Assembly: GCA_963803805.1 (NCBI GenBank)
Contig: CAWDOD010000006.1
Span: forward strand, 64,001 to 128,000
Length of the DNA stretch: 64,000 nucleotides
Direction of reading: 5' to 3'
Origin: an uncultured cyanobacterium
GTDB taxonomy: Bacteria > Cyanobacteriota > Cyanobacteriia > Cyanobacteriales > CAWCAG01
Shown here in pieces: positions 40,027 to 50,870 of this stretch. Position 1 is the stretch's first letter, and each line of letters starts with the position of its first letter. A program made the position numbers and the translations under genes. Under the pieces are notes generated by a model that was not told the origin of the DNA, searched no databases, and worked only from the letters and a program-made list of their open reading frames with translations.

Positions 40027-41106
40027 TTATGATGGCAAACTAAAAACATCAGCAAAAGTTTCCCGTTTCCTGGGTTTTCTTGTTTAATCCGGGGAATCAT
40101 AAACTACAAAAAGGGCATCTTTTTCTCCTAAACAAGAATAAAGAGCTAACCCTTCTGCATGGTCAGAACCAATAGTAAAAGGAAGATTAAATAATAACTC
40201 TAACCTATCTGATTTTTGATGATGAATGCTATCTTCAGTGAGACTTAAAACTTCTTTTAAACGGAAAACTTCCATAACTCCTTCTAAGTCCATTGTCGGT
40301 CCCGCTAAAATAATTAAGTCTTCATTTTTAAAACATAATTCCCTAATCCCTAAACTATTAAGATAAACAAAGTGTTTTTTGTATTTTCTCCCCTCATTCC
40401 CAATTTCTTTAAGGACTAAAGTATCAGCTTCACTCTCTTCAACTTCGATTTCTAAAATAATGGCCCAACCTCTTAAAACTGGCCCTCGCAAACCCAAAAA
40501 TATTTTATCTCCTCGGACAGCCAAACCTTCTATATCCAAACCGTTATCTTTTGAAGGTATAGACGTAGCAATAAAAGGAGCTAAGTGAGGATCTTCTTTG
40601 AGTGCTTCGATGAGTAAGTTGCTATCACCAACCTTTTGCAAAGAAGCGGCTGAAACTTTCTCTTTTGAGTCATCTGATAGGCAATAAGACTTGACTAATT
40701 CGCCACCGATAACGGGGATACGACCTAATAAAAAGCGGTTAATATCCGTTTTAACTTGGGTTAATTTTTGAATATCTTTCTCAGGACTTTTATCTTTAGG
40801 TTTTTTACGTTTGTAACTATGAGAACCGGTAAACCAAAGATAGTCATTGGCATAGTCCATTCCTTCAATATCAATTTCATCCTCTGAGTTAAAAAGGTCA
40901 ATAAAGTCTCCTAAATGGAAATGTTTACCATCGCCATAAATATGAGAACCAATGGCAGAAAGACGTTCAACTCCAAGCAATTCATCTGAACCTACCCATA
41001 AACTACCATCAGGAGTGAAAGCTGCTGCTGATAATTCATCAATCAAGTCCTCATCTTCTTTGTTGAAACGAAGTAAAATACGACTGAGTAAAAATCCTTC
41101 CGGCAT
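40027..41106 (-). CDS. DUF3616-like protein with a premature in-frame TAA at 40084-40086
   Basis: DIEG, TGSHS, KDNGLDIEGLA, LGLRGPVLRG, HAEG motifs; frame stays open past the stop to ...TFADVFSLPS*. Confidence 0.8.
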
Positions 41107-41462
41107 AACTTTTGTTAGGTTTGTTAGGTCTGATAGCAATGGTTCTAACTTCAATTGTGAAGAATATTACTCAATTCTGCCTCTACCCTGAAGTAATGAT
41201 TTTTTCAGCCTTGAGAATGAGATTACCAAGCAAAACTGAAGGTTATAGAGGATATCTTATCTATCTTGGGAAGCGGTTGAAGCTAGCTTCTATTTCAGCC
41301 AAATGATATAAATATTCCTAAAACTTAAGTTATTTGGCTGAGAAACATCATTTTTTAAGCAAATACACAGTGAATATCAAAATAAATCGACTATACTAAT
41401 AGAGATTCTACTGAGTCAGCAAATCAGTAACCAAACTTAAGTTAATCTCTAGTATCAAAACT

Positions 41463-41981
41463 ATGAATACTCAAATTAGTTATGCAGTATTTCCGGAGCA
41501 AACAAGTATTCGCGGTATTGTACACAAAGCACTAGACACAGGGTATCTCAGCGTGGAAGCAGAAAATAATTTACGGGAACTCTTAAAACAGAATTACGAG
41601 CAAGAAGACTTTAATGCCTTCTTGAGGTTGCAGCAAGCAGCTATGGAAGGAGGTGTCAAACAAGAGTCCCGTGAATTAACGAAAACCCCTGCTTCTATTT
41701 ACTGTAATGCTTTAGAACCTCTGGTTAGGGAAGAAGTAGAAGAGCAAATCCAGAAGCTACCTGCTAAATTAGCTTTTTATATTAATCCTCATCAAGCCAT
41801 TGCCTATGCTCTCAATCGCTTGCCAGCGTTTTATGCTACTAGTGAAGAGGGTTGGCAGCGACAACAGCAGAAGGCGAAAGAAGAACTTGGTGATAAGATT
41901 CCCCTCGCAGCACGTTGGGGTATAAATGCTGTAATGCAAGATCCTTTGAGAGTTTTTACTCCCCTAAAGCTTTCTTCATAA
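41463..41981 (+). CDS. ComFB-domain protein with extra N-terminal small helical domain
   Basis: NALEPLV...AIAYALNRLPAFYATS ComFB motif. Confidence 0.85.
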   Translation: MNTQISYAVFPEQTSIRGIVHKALDTGYLSVEAENNLRELLKQNYEQEDFNAFLRLQQAAMEGGVKQESRELTKTPASIYCNALEPLVREEVEEQIQKLPAKLAFYINPHQAIAYALNRLPAFYATSEEGWQRQQQKAKEELGDKIPLAARWGINAVMQDPLRVFTPLKLSS

Positions 41982-42041
41982 AGGTCGATTCCAAATATCT
42001 AAAAAGGTATTTTCCATAACAACCAAATAGTTTTACCTGAT

Positions 42042-42287
42042 TTATGAAGCGACTGGCATTGGCTGGCGACTACCAAGCTTTCCCAAGGGATTGAGGCGGT
42101 TATAGGCTAACTCACGTGATTCCTGCTTGACTTTGCCTTCCATAGCTGCTTGCTGGAGAGACATAAAAGCAAGAAAATCTTGGTAGTCGTACTTCTGAGC
42201 TAAAAACTGTCTTAATCTATTCTCATCTTCTATGGTCAAATAACCGCTTTTTAGTGCTTTTTGGATTATTTCGCTCATTACACCCAT
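42042..42287 (-). CDS. Small hypothetical protein paralogous to the N-terminus of the adjacent ComFB protein
   Basis: KALKSGYLTIEDEN.LR...LQQAAMEGKVKQESREL. Confidence 0.8.
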   Translation of the reverse strand: MGVMSEIIQKALKSGYLTIEDENRLRQFLAQKYDYQDFLAFMSLQQAAMEGKVKQESRELAYNRLNPLGKLGSRQPMPVAS

Positions 42288-42661
42288 TACAATAAGGTCT
42301 CCTCAGTTGAAAGTTAAACAATTTTCCTACAGCACAAAGAAAGAAAAAACAAAATAGTCTTTAAGGATTCTAAAGATTTGAACCGTTTTTATCCTCTATC
42401 AAAGGAAATAAGTGCTGTACAGTTACAAATTATTAGAGATGACAGCCTTCACAGACTAGCTCAGAATCTTCTTTGTTCCGAGACTATTTTTCCAAGTTAA
42501 AGGTAGATTTGCTGCTACAATAATTAATCGCGATTTTCCGGAAAACTTTCTACTCTATGTAGCAAATACAGTTTTTTGCTCTGGATCGTATTTAATCGTA
42601 TAAGTTCAATTATTAAAAAAATTTTCTAAGCTGTCTGTAGCACTTGGGCATCTATAAAAAT

Positions 42662-43474
42662 ATGAAATCTTATTTAGCCGCCGCCATTCAAATGACAAGT
42701 AAACCAGATTTAGACAAAAATTTGGTTCAGGCAGAAGAATTAATAGAACTCGCTGTACGCCGTGGTGCTGAGTTGGTTGGTTTACCAGAAAATTTCTCTT
42801 TTCTCGGTACAGAAGCAAGTAAAATTGCTCAAGCACAGACGATCGCAGAAGCTACTGAGAAATTTCTCAAAACTATGGCTCAGCGTTTCCAAATCACTCT
42901 TCTCGGTGGTGGTTTCCCTGTCCCTGTGAATAGCAGCAAAGTTTACAATACCGCTTTGTTAATAGACTCTAGCGGTACAGAGTTGGCACGTTACGAAAAA
43001 GTCCATCTCTTTGATGTTAATTTACCCGACGGTAACACTTACCAAGAATCTAGTACCGTCATGGCTGGTAGTAAGCTACCTCCGGTATACCATTCCCCAG
43101 AGTTAGGTAACATTGGACTTTCTGTTTGCTACGATGTGCGCTTCCCCATGTTATATAGCCATTTAGCGAGCAAAGGTGCAGACTTAATGTTTATTCCTGC
43201 GGCTTTCACTGCCTACACTGGCAAAGATCACTGGCAAGTACTTCTCCAAGCAAGAGCAATTGAAAACACCTGTTATATAATCGCTCCAGCCCAAACTGGC
43301 ATCCACTACCAAATGCGCCAAACCCATGGTCATGCTCTGATTGTTGATCCCTGGGGTACTATTTTAGCCGATGCAGGGGAAAAACCAGGAGCGGCGATCG
43401 CCGAAATCAATCCTGAACGACTTCAACAAGTGAGGCGACAAATGCCTTGTTTAAACCATAGAGTATTTGCTTGA
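42662..43474 (+). CDS. Carbon-nitrogen hydrolase (Nit1-like deaminated glutathione amidase)
   Basis: LPEN, KVHLFD, VCYDVRFP triad; ARAIENTC. Confidence 0.9.
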   Translation: MKSYLAAAIQMTSKPDLDKNLVQAEELIELAVRRGAELVGLPENFSFLGTEASKIAQAQTIAEATEKFLKTMAQRFQITLLGGGFPVPVNSSKVYNTALLIDSSGTELARYEKVHLFDVNLPDGNTYQESSTVMAGSKLPPVYHSPELGNIGLSVCYDVRFPMLYSHLASKGADLMFIPAAFTAYTGKDHWQVLLQARAIENTCYIIAPAQTGIHYQMRQTHGHALIVDPWGTILADAGEKPGAAIAEINPERLQQVRRQMPCLNHRVFA

Positions 43475-43687
43475 ATTTAATGTCTATGTTGCTATATGTA
43501 AAGTTATACCTAGAGATGTCCAAAGTTTTGTAACTATCTCTAGACTAAGTTGTTGCTATTTTTATATATCTAAACTTCCTTTAAGGGCGAGGCCATAGTC
43601 CCTAAAAAATCGTTTTTAATGCCTACAAAGAGATTGGTTCACTTATTCAGTATCTTTTATACCTTAAGGTAGACAGGCATAATCTAA

Positions 43688-43948
43688 ATGGATAACGACC
43701 CAGAAACAGGCATTTTAACAAAAGCATTTCGTCAAGAGCGTTCCGTACGCCGTACTATGTCGCTTCTAGAAACAAAACGGCAGCGAATGCGAGACGACTT
43801 ACGACAAATGCTTTTACATATGAGTTTACTGATTCCTTCTGCCACAGCAGGAGAAATTGACTGGGAAGTATTGCAAGAAGCCTTGGGAAGGCTAGGTGAT
43901 GAACCTTTTGCTCAGTTGGCTTTACAGATTTTGCAAGAAATTCATTAA
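43688..43948 (+). CDS. Small hypothetical protein
   Basis: 86-aa ATG ORF with helical composition. Confidence 0.65.
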   Translation: MDNDPETGILTKAFRQERSVRRTMSLLETKRQRMRDDLRQMLLHMSLLIPSATAGEIDWEVLQEALGRLGDEPFAQLALQILQEIH

Positions 43949-44125
43949 TGTTTTTAGCTATTAGTTTTACTCTGTTGACTTGTTACGGTTCCTTTTTCTG
44001 TCAACCAACGTATCTACGACACAACTAAAGAAGAACAGTATTGGGTATATCTTGGCTTACCATTTCTCTCTTCATTTGTTTTTTAGAATGGGGAACCAAG
44101 ATTTTTTAAACAAATAATTATTTTC

Positions 44126-44141
44126 TGTATCTAAATATACA
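44126..44141. promoter_or_regulatory. Putative NtcA-binding site
   Basis: TGTA-TCTAAATA-TACA matches GTA-N8-TAC; near-match GTC-N8-TAC at 44293-44306. Confidence 0.55.
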
Positions 44142-44397
44142 TTTTTGCTGGCTCAAGTTAAGCTTTCTTGATAAATTAGTATCAGGTGAATAAACATAAA
44201 TCAACTCAATTCCCTGTCATGAAAAGGTTTTGAGGTTTGCCTACTCGCAAATGCTCAAATTTTCTAATTAGTTGCAGCTTTTTTGTAAAAATGTCACAAT
44301 AGATACAGAAATAAATTACGACAACAAGTAAAGAGCTTCTGGATTTACAAAAAGAAAAGAAAGCATTCCACAACAATAATATTTTTGGAGGGTACAA

Positions 44398-44577
44398 ATG
44401 AAACTTACTTATCGTGGTATCAATTATGAATCTCATCCCCATGACTTAGAAGTTGCAGAAGGGGAAATCGGGGGAAAATACCGTGGACGTGAATGGAGAG
44501 TACACCGCGTCAAAGGTGCTACTCGCAGTAAACCATCAGGTAAATTTACTTATCGCGGCATTACCTATACTCATTAA
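44398..44577 (+). CDS. DUF4278-like small protein (59 aa; not in ORF track)
   Basis: MKLTYRGINYE...GGKYRGREW...FTYRGITYTH; GGAGG RBS upstream; paralog of next gene. Confidence 0.88.
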   Translation: MKLTYRGINYESHPHDLEVAEGEIGGKYRGREWRVHRVKGATRSKPSGKFTYRGITYTH

Positions 44578-44613
44578 ATAAGCTTAATATCTATAGCATT
44601 TGGAGGTGAAGAA

Positions 44614-45027
44614 ATGAAATATTGCTATCGCGGTGTTAGTTATGAACGCGAACCTTTATCTTTGGAAGTAACTGAAGGAGAAATTGGCGGCAAGTATCGC
44701 GGCAAGGAATGGAAGCATCACTATCCCAAACACATTCCTCAACTCGCCCCTAAATCAAATTTGCAGTATCGTGGCATTCGCTACAACCGTTATCCTGCAA
44801 TCCAAACAGAAGCACGGAAAGCATTTGAATTAGCAGAACTTAGCCGTCAACAAATCAGAAGAAGAAAGAAGCCAACTCAAAGAACGGCTCAAGAATTAAC
44901 CAAAGCCCATTTAAAAAATATTCGCCATAACCTGGAACACAGGATTCAAGTTGCCAAATCTAATGGCGATGAAAACCTGGTTCGTATATTAGAAGAAGAA
45001 GGTAAGGAATTGACTTTATCCATGTAA
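44614..45027 (+). CDS. DUF4278-like protein with C-terminal PirA-like domain
   Basis: Three YRG motifs then HLKNIRHNLEHRIQVAKSNGDENLVRILEEE; GGAGG RBS. Confidence 0.8.
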   Translation: MKYCYRGVSYEREPLSLEVTEGEIGGKYRGKEWKHHYPKHIPQLAPKSNLQYRGIRYNRYPAIQTEARKAFELAELSRQQIRRRKKPTQRTAQELTKAHLKNIRHNLEHRIQVAKSNGDENLVRILEEEGKELTLSM

Positions 45028-45182
45028 GATTTAAAGTTAATAAAAGTTAGCCAAAAAGGAAAGGAGCGACTCTTTAGATAAGTTTCGCTCTTTTTTAGTT
45101 TCCGATGAACAGCAAAATAGTGCCAAATTTCGTAAATTGAGATATTTAAGCTGAAACCAGGTTTTAGAGGAGACAGAATTTA

Positions 45183-47786
45183 ATGCTCGAAAAATATCGC
45201 CAACAGGTTGCGGAAAGGGGTGCATTAGGAATTCCCCCTCTCCCTTTAGATGCTGAACAAACTGCCCAGTTATGCGAATTACTTAAAGATCCTCCGGCAA
45301 CAGAAGAGGAGGCACTTTTAGCTATGTTGCGCGATCGCGTTCCCCCTGGGGTGGATCAGGCAGCTTATGTTAAGGCTAGTTTCCTAACTTCTGTGGCTAA
45401 AGGGGAGGTGAAATGTCCTCTCATTGCTCCAACGGAAGCTGTGGAACTTTTAGGAACGATGGTAGGAGGTTATAATGTACAATCTTTGGTAGATTTACTT
45501 TCTGCTGAGGCTGAATTAGCGACGGTTGCGGCTCAAGCTTTGAGTAAAACTCTCTTAGTTTACGACTCTTTTCATGATGTTCTTGAACTGGCTGAAACTA
45601 ACTCCTATGCAAAACAGGTAGTTGATGCTTGGGCAAACGCGGAGTGGTTTACTACTCGCCCGGAACTACCAGAAGCAATTACTATCACAGTATTTAAAGT
45701 ACCTGGGGAAACCAACACCGATGATTTATCTCCTGCACCCCACGCCACTACCCGCCCGGATATTCCTCTTCATGCTTTGGTGATGCTGGAATCTAGTATG
45801 CCAGAAGGTCTTAACACCATTGCTAAATTAAAAGAAAAAGGACATCCTGTGGCTTATGTTGGGGATGTGGTTGGTACGGGTTCTTCTCGTAAATCTGCCA
45901 TTAACTCCGTACTTTGGCACTTAGGAGAGGATATTCCCTTTGTCCCTAATAAAAGGGCTGGAGGTTATATCTTAGGTGGTGCGATCGCGCCGATTTTTTT
46001 CAACACTGCTGAAGATTCTGGGGCTTTGCCCATTGAGTGCGATGTTACCAAGATGAATACCGGGGATGTAATTACTATTCATCCTTACAAAGGGGAAATC
46101 ACCAACGAAGCAGGGGAAGTTATTTCTACCTTTAAACTAAAACCGGAAACTATCACCGATGAAGTCAGGGCGGGAGGGCGCATTCCTCTATTAATTGGCC
46201 GTGGTTTAACAGATAAAACCCGCGCTGCATTAGGTTTAGAACCTAGCCCCCTCTTCATTCGCCCCACCCCTCCCCAAGACACAGGCAAAGGCTTCACCTT
46301 AGCACAAAAAATGGTTGGCAAAGCTTGTGGTGTTGCTGGGGTGCGTCCAGGACAAAGTTGTGAACCACTCATGACAACCGTTGGTTCCCAAGATACCACA
46401 GGACCGATGACTCGTGATGAATTGAAGGAGTTAGCCTGTTTAGGTTTCAGTGCCGATTTAGTCTTGCAAACCTTCTGTCATACTGCTGCTTATCCTAAAC
46501 CTGTTGATGTCACCACCCACAAAAACTTACCAGATTTCTTTGCTGTAAGGGGTGGAGTTGCTTTGCGTCCTGGAGATGGTATCATTCACTCTTGGTTAAA
46601 CCGGATGCTTTTACCAGACACTGTAGGTACTGGCGGAGATTCCCACACTCGCTTCCCCTTGGGTATTTCTTTCCCGGCTGGTTCTGGTTTAGTAGCTTTC
46701 GCTGCGGCATTGGGGGCTATGCCTTTGGATATGCCGGAGTCAGTGTTAGTACGCTTCACCGGGGATTTACAACCAGGAGTCACTTTACGGGACATTGTTA
46801 ACGCCATTCCCTATGTGGCCATGCAAGAAGGTAAATTAACCGTTGCTAAGGAGAACAAAAAAAATGTCTTCTCCGGCAGGGTAATGGAAATGGAAGGTTT
46901 GCCGGATCTCAAAGTAGAACAAGCTTTTGAACTTACTGATGCCACCGCCGAACGTTCCTGTTCTGGTTCTACTATTAAGTTAGGAGAAGAGACAGTGAAA
47001 GAGTATTTGCATTCTAACATTGCCCTCTTGAAAAACATGGCAGCGAGGGGTTACTCAGATGCCCGTACTTTAATGCGTCGGGTTGCCAAAATGGAACAAT
47101 GGCTAGCCAACCCTGAATTAATGTCTGCTGATGAGGATGCAGAGTATGCAGATGTAGTTGAAGTTAACTTAAATGAAATTAAAGAACCCATTGTTGCTGC
47201 CCCCAATGATCCCGACAATATTAAGTTAATGTCCGAATGCAGCGGAGATAAGATTGATGAAGTTTTCATCGGTTCTTGCATGACTAATATCGGTCATTAC
47301 CGCGCTGCTGCTAAGGTATTAGAAGCCGGTAAGGTTAAGGTACGCTTGTGGGTTTGTCCTCCTACCCGCATGGATGAGAAGCAGTTGCGAGAAGAAGGGA
47401 TTTATGGCGTGTTTGCTGCTGCTGGGGCCAGGACAGAAATGCCAGGTTGTTCTTTGTGTATGGGGAACCAAGCTAGGGTTGAAGACGGGGCTACAGTCTT
47501 TTCTACCTCCACCCGCAACTTCAACAACCGCATGGGTAAAGGGGCAAGGGTATACCTGGGTTCAGCGGAGTTGGCGGCTGTGTGTGCTTTGTTGGGGCGC
47601 ATCCCTTCTGTTGAGGAGTATTTAGAGATTGTCAAGGAAAAAATCGACCCCTTTGCCGGAGAGTTATACCGCTATCTTAACTTTGACCAAATTTCTGGCT
47701 TTGAAGATGAAGGTAGGGTAATTGCTTTAGAAGATATGCCTAAGATTGAAGATATTTTAGGTATGCCTGTGGGGAGTGGGAAGTAA
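45183..47786 (+). CDS. acnB: Aconitate hydratase B
   Basis: [26 protein letters not shown] and GCSLCMGNQ Fe-S ligands. Confidence 0.98.
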   Translation: MLEKYRQQVAERGALGIPPLPLDAEQTAQLCELLKDPPATEEEALLAMLRDRVPPGVDQAAYVKASFLTSVAKGEVKCPLIAPTEAVELLGTMVGGYNVQSLVDLLSAEAELATVAAQALSKTLLVYDSFHDVLELAETNSYAKQVVDAWANAEWFTTRPELPEAITITVFKVPGETNTDDLSPAPHATTRPDIPLHALVMLESSMPEGLNTIAKLKEKGHPVAYVGDVVGTGSSRKSAINSVLWHLGEDIPFVPNKRAGGYILGGAIAPIFFNTAEDSGALPIECDVTKMNTGDVITIHPYKGEITNEAGEVISTFKLKPETITDEVRAGGRIPLLIGRGLTDKTRAALGLEPSPLFIRPTPPQDTGKGFTLAQKMVGKACGVAGVRPGQSCEPLMTTVGSQDTTGPMTRDELKELACLGFSADLVLQTFCHTAAYPKPVDVTTHKNLPDFFAVRGGVALRPGDGIIHSWLNRMLLPDTVGTGGDSHTRFPLGISFPAGSGLVAFAAALGAMPLDMPESVLVRFTGDLQPGVTLRDIVNAIPYVAMQEGKLTVAKENKKNVFSGRVMEMEGLPDLKVEQAFELTDATAERSCSGSTIKLGEETVKEYLHSNIALLKNMAARGYSDARTLMRRVAKMEQWLANPELMSADEDAEYADVVEVNLNEIKEPIVAAPNDPDNIKLMSECSGDKIDEVFIGSCMTNIGHYRAAAKVLEAGKVKVRLWVCPPTRMDEKQLREEGIYGVFAAAGARTEMPGCSLCMGNQARVEDGATVFSTSTRNFNNRMGKGARVYLGSAELAAVCALLGRIPSVEEYLEIVKEKIDPFAGELYRYLNFDQISGFEDEGRVIALEDMPKIEDILGMPVGSGK

Positions 47787-47795
47787 GATTATTTA

Positions 47796-47832
47796 ACCTC
47801 TCTCCCAGCCCCTCTCCTGACAGGAGAGGGGC
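47796..47832. repeat. CCCCTCTCC/GGAGAGGGG hairpin (dispersed repeat or terminator)
   Basis: GCCCCTCTCCTG-A-CAGGAGAGGGGC. Confidence 0.7.
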
Positions 47833-47838
47833 GTTAGA

Positions 47839-47915
47839 GTTGCTAGTTGCTAGTTGCTAGTTGCTAGTTGCTAGTTGCTAGTTGCTAGTTGCTAGTTGCT
47901 AGTTGCTAGTTGCTA
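47839..47915. repeat. Heptamer tandem repeat (GTTGCTA)x11
   Basis: Eleven perfect copies counted. Confidence 0.97.
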
Positions 47916-47986
47916 ATGGCTAGTCGCTTGCCTATTGCCTTCAGGTTAATATTAATTACCCTACAGAGGACGGATTTGGTATAAGT

Positions 47987-50483
47987 ATGAAGCGAGATGA
48001 GTTGCTGCGGGTAATTGAAGAGGCGGCTAAGACGGGGGCCAAGGAGTTGGATCTGGCGGGGCATGATCTGACGGAGTTGCCAGCAGAAATAGTCCAACTC
48101 ACTAACCTCACTTCCCTTAACCTGACGAGTAACCAGCTAGGGGAACTACCAGCGGAAATAGGGCAACTCACTAACCTCACTTCCCTTTACCTGAGTTATA
48201 ACCAGCTAGGGGAACTACCAGCAGAAATAGTCCAACTCACTAACCTCACTTCCCTTTACCTGAGTGATAATCAGCTAGGGGAACTACCAGCAGAAATAGG
48301 GCAACTCACTAACCTCACCTCCCTTAACCTGAGTTATAACCAGCTAGGGGAACTACCAGCAGAAATAGGGCAACTCACTAACCTCACCTCCCTTAACCTG
48401 AGTTATAACCAGCTAGGGGAACTACCAGCAGAAATAGGGCAACTCACTAACCTCACCTCCCTTAACCTGAGTTATAACCAGCTAGGGGAACTACCAGCAG
48501 AAATAGTCCAACTCACTAACCTCACTTCCCTTTACCTGAGAAATAATCAGCTAGGGGAACTACCAGCAGAAATAGTCCAACTCACTAACCTCACTTCCCT
48601 TTACCTGAGAAATAATCAGCTAGGGGAACTACCAGCAGAAATTCGCCAACTGCCACAACTCGAAACACTCGACCTACGGGGCAATCCCTTGCCCATTGCT
48701 CCAGAAATACTTGGCCCCAAAGAAATATATAAAGATCCTGGCGACATCAACGCCATCCTTGACTTCTACTTCGCCACCCAAGACCCCAAGGCCACAGAAA
48801 AACTCTACGAAGCTAAATTTCTCATCGTTGGGGAAGGGGGGGCAGGGAAAACCTCCCTGGCTAAAAAGATCCAAGAATCCTGAATACCAACTCGACCCCG
48901 AAGAAGACTCTACCCACGGCATAGAAGTAATTGAGTGGCGCTTTCCCCTTGATGAGGGGCAAGAATTTCGTGCTAACCTCTGGGACTTTGGGGGGCAGGA
49001 AATTTACCACCAAACTCACCAGTTTTTCCTTACTGAACGCTCTCTCTATGCCCTGGTGGCGGACACTCGTAAGGAAAATACTGACTTTCCCTACTGGCTT
49101 AATTCCATTGAACTATTCGGGGGGGATAGCCCGGTACTTTTAATTAAAAACGAAAAAAATGACCGACCCTGCAATGTTAATGAGGGAAGGCTGCAAAGGG
49201 ACTTTCATTACATTAAAGAAATCTTACCCACCAACCTTAAAGATGGTCGCGGTTTAGAAGAGATTAAAACCGCCATCCGCTATCACATTAGCCGCCTGGA
49301 ATATGTGGGTACTCCCTTACCTAAAAAATGGGCGCGGGTGCGTTATGCCCTGGAAAATGATGCCCGCAACTATATTGAACAGAGTGATTACTTTGCCCTC
49401 TGCCTCCGTAATGGAGTGAGGGAGAGAGAAGAAATGCTGCAAATTAGTGACTTCCTCCATAAACTGGGCATCTGTCTCCACTTCCAACAAGACTCCACCC
49501 TGAAACATATCGTCATTCTCCGCCCAGAGTGGGCCACCAATGCCGTTTATGCGGTGGTTAAAAACAACAAAGTTGCGGCTGCAAAAGGTTTGTTTACTCG
49601 TTCTGACCTTAAAGAAATTTGGCAAGAGAGGCAATACGCCTACATGGAAGATGAACTGCTGCAACTAATGCAGAATTTCAAACTCTGTTACCCCATCCCC
49701 GGTTTACCACAACATTACATCGCCCCGCAATTACTGGAATTTGAACCACCGGATTATGATTGGGAAGAGAAAAACAATTTAATGCTGCGCTATGAATATG
49801 AGTTCATGCCCAAGGGCGTCATTACCCAACTTATCGTCCGGCTTTATCGCTGGATTGAACAACAGCAACTAGTTTGGCGTAGCGGTGTCGTCCTTAACAA
49901 TAGTCGCGCCCGCGCCGAAGTCATCGAAACCTACCGCCCCTACAAAGGGGAAATCTGCCTCCAGGTTTCCGGTATCCATAATAAAGAACTTCTCAGCGTG
50001 GTGGCTAACGAAATTGACCAAATAAATAGTTCTTTTGAAAGAATAGATGTTAGTAAAAAGATTCCCTGTAACTGTAAAGAATGCCAAAATGAGCCAGAAC
50101 CCTATTTCTTTAAGTTAGAAACCCTCTATCGCGCCCTTGATAAAAAGCGTTATATAATCGATTGCCACAAAAGCTTTGAAGATGTCAATGTTCGCAGCTT
50201 AACGGCTGTGGTAGAAGGTGATTTATTTTCAGGGGAAGAGAAAAAACAATTCCAGCAAGCAAGGTTTGAACGCTTAAAAGAGCGGCATACTGAATATTAT
50301 CAACCTAATTCTAAAACCATGAGTTCTAAATTCCACATCAGCGCCGATAATGTGCAAATTGTTGAAAATATCGCTCAGGGGGATGCTGTCATTCACAAAT
50401 ACGCTAACAACCCCGAAGTCAAGACAGCCCTCGATGACTTATTAAAATTCCTCAAAGACTTACAACAGAATCCCTTCCCTTAA
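47987..50483 (+). pseudogene. Roco protein (LRR-Roc-COR) split by a single-base frameshift at about 48869-48878
   Basis: LRRs and P-loop GEGGAGKTS in first ORF; STHGI, WDFGGQEIY..THQFFLT, KNEK and COR in second ORF. Confidence 0.9.
48068..48640 (+). repeat. Eight near-identical 69-bp tandem repeats encoding 23-aa LRRs
   Basis: Units start at 48068, 48137, 48206, 48275, 48344, 48413, 48482, 48551, plus a partial at 48620. Confidence 0.95.
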
Positions 50484-50870
50484 GCAATAACGTTCAATTA
50501 ATAAAATCGCCACAATATCATCTACCGGACGAGGAGGCAAGCGCATCCCTTGGGGAATCAAGCGTTTTAGCCCTTGGGGAGGATACATTTCCCAATAGCG
50601 ATCGCGGGCTTCCAAGGTAGAGTACCTCTCATCTACCATCACTATTGATACATCAGTAGTTAGTTTTTCTGCTAGTTTTTGTTTCCATTGTTTAGAAGTG
50701 GTTTGATTCCCCATAACTAAAAGCTTCACACCATATTTATGACACAAAGTATTAATAGAAGTGATCGCTTCTGATGAGGCGACAACCTCATGGTAAAGTA
50801 ATTCGCCGGGTTCTTTTTTAACAGCAACACCACATTTATCTTTTCCTGGATCAAAACCTAAAATAGCCAC
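50460..50870 (-). CDS. YqgF/RuvX-like RNase H-fold nuclease
   Basis: LGFDPG, VDERYST and DDIVAILL motifs. Confidence 0.88.
   Translation of the reverse strand: MAILGFDPGKDKCGVAVKKEPGELLYHEVVASSEAITSINTLCHKYGVKLLVMGNQTTSKQWKQKLAEKLTTDVSIVMVDERYSTLEARDRYWEMYPPQGLKRLIPQGMRLPPRPVDDIVAILLIERYCLREGILL

Noticed and set aside
44200-44397. Glutamine riboswitch upstream of the DUF4278 genes
   Set aside because: No recognisable conserved core on inspection; an Infernal search would be needed to exclude it fully
44206-44442. 78-aa minus-strand ORF
   Set aside because: Overlaps the better-supported DUF4278-like ORF at 44398 and its upstream region
48068-48640. Diversity-generating retroelement TR/VR pair
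   Set aside because: Repeats are in-frame and tandem, differences are not limited to adenines, and there is no reverse transcriptase in the window
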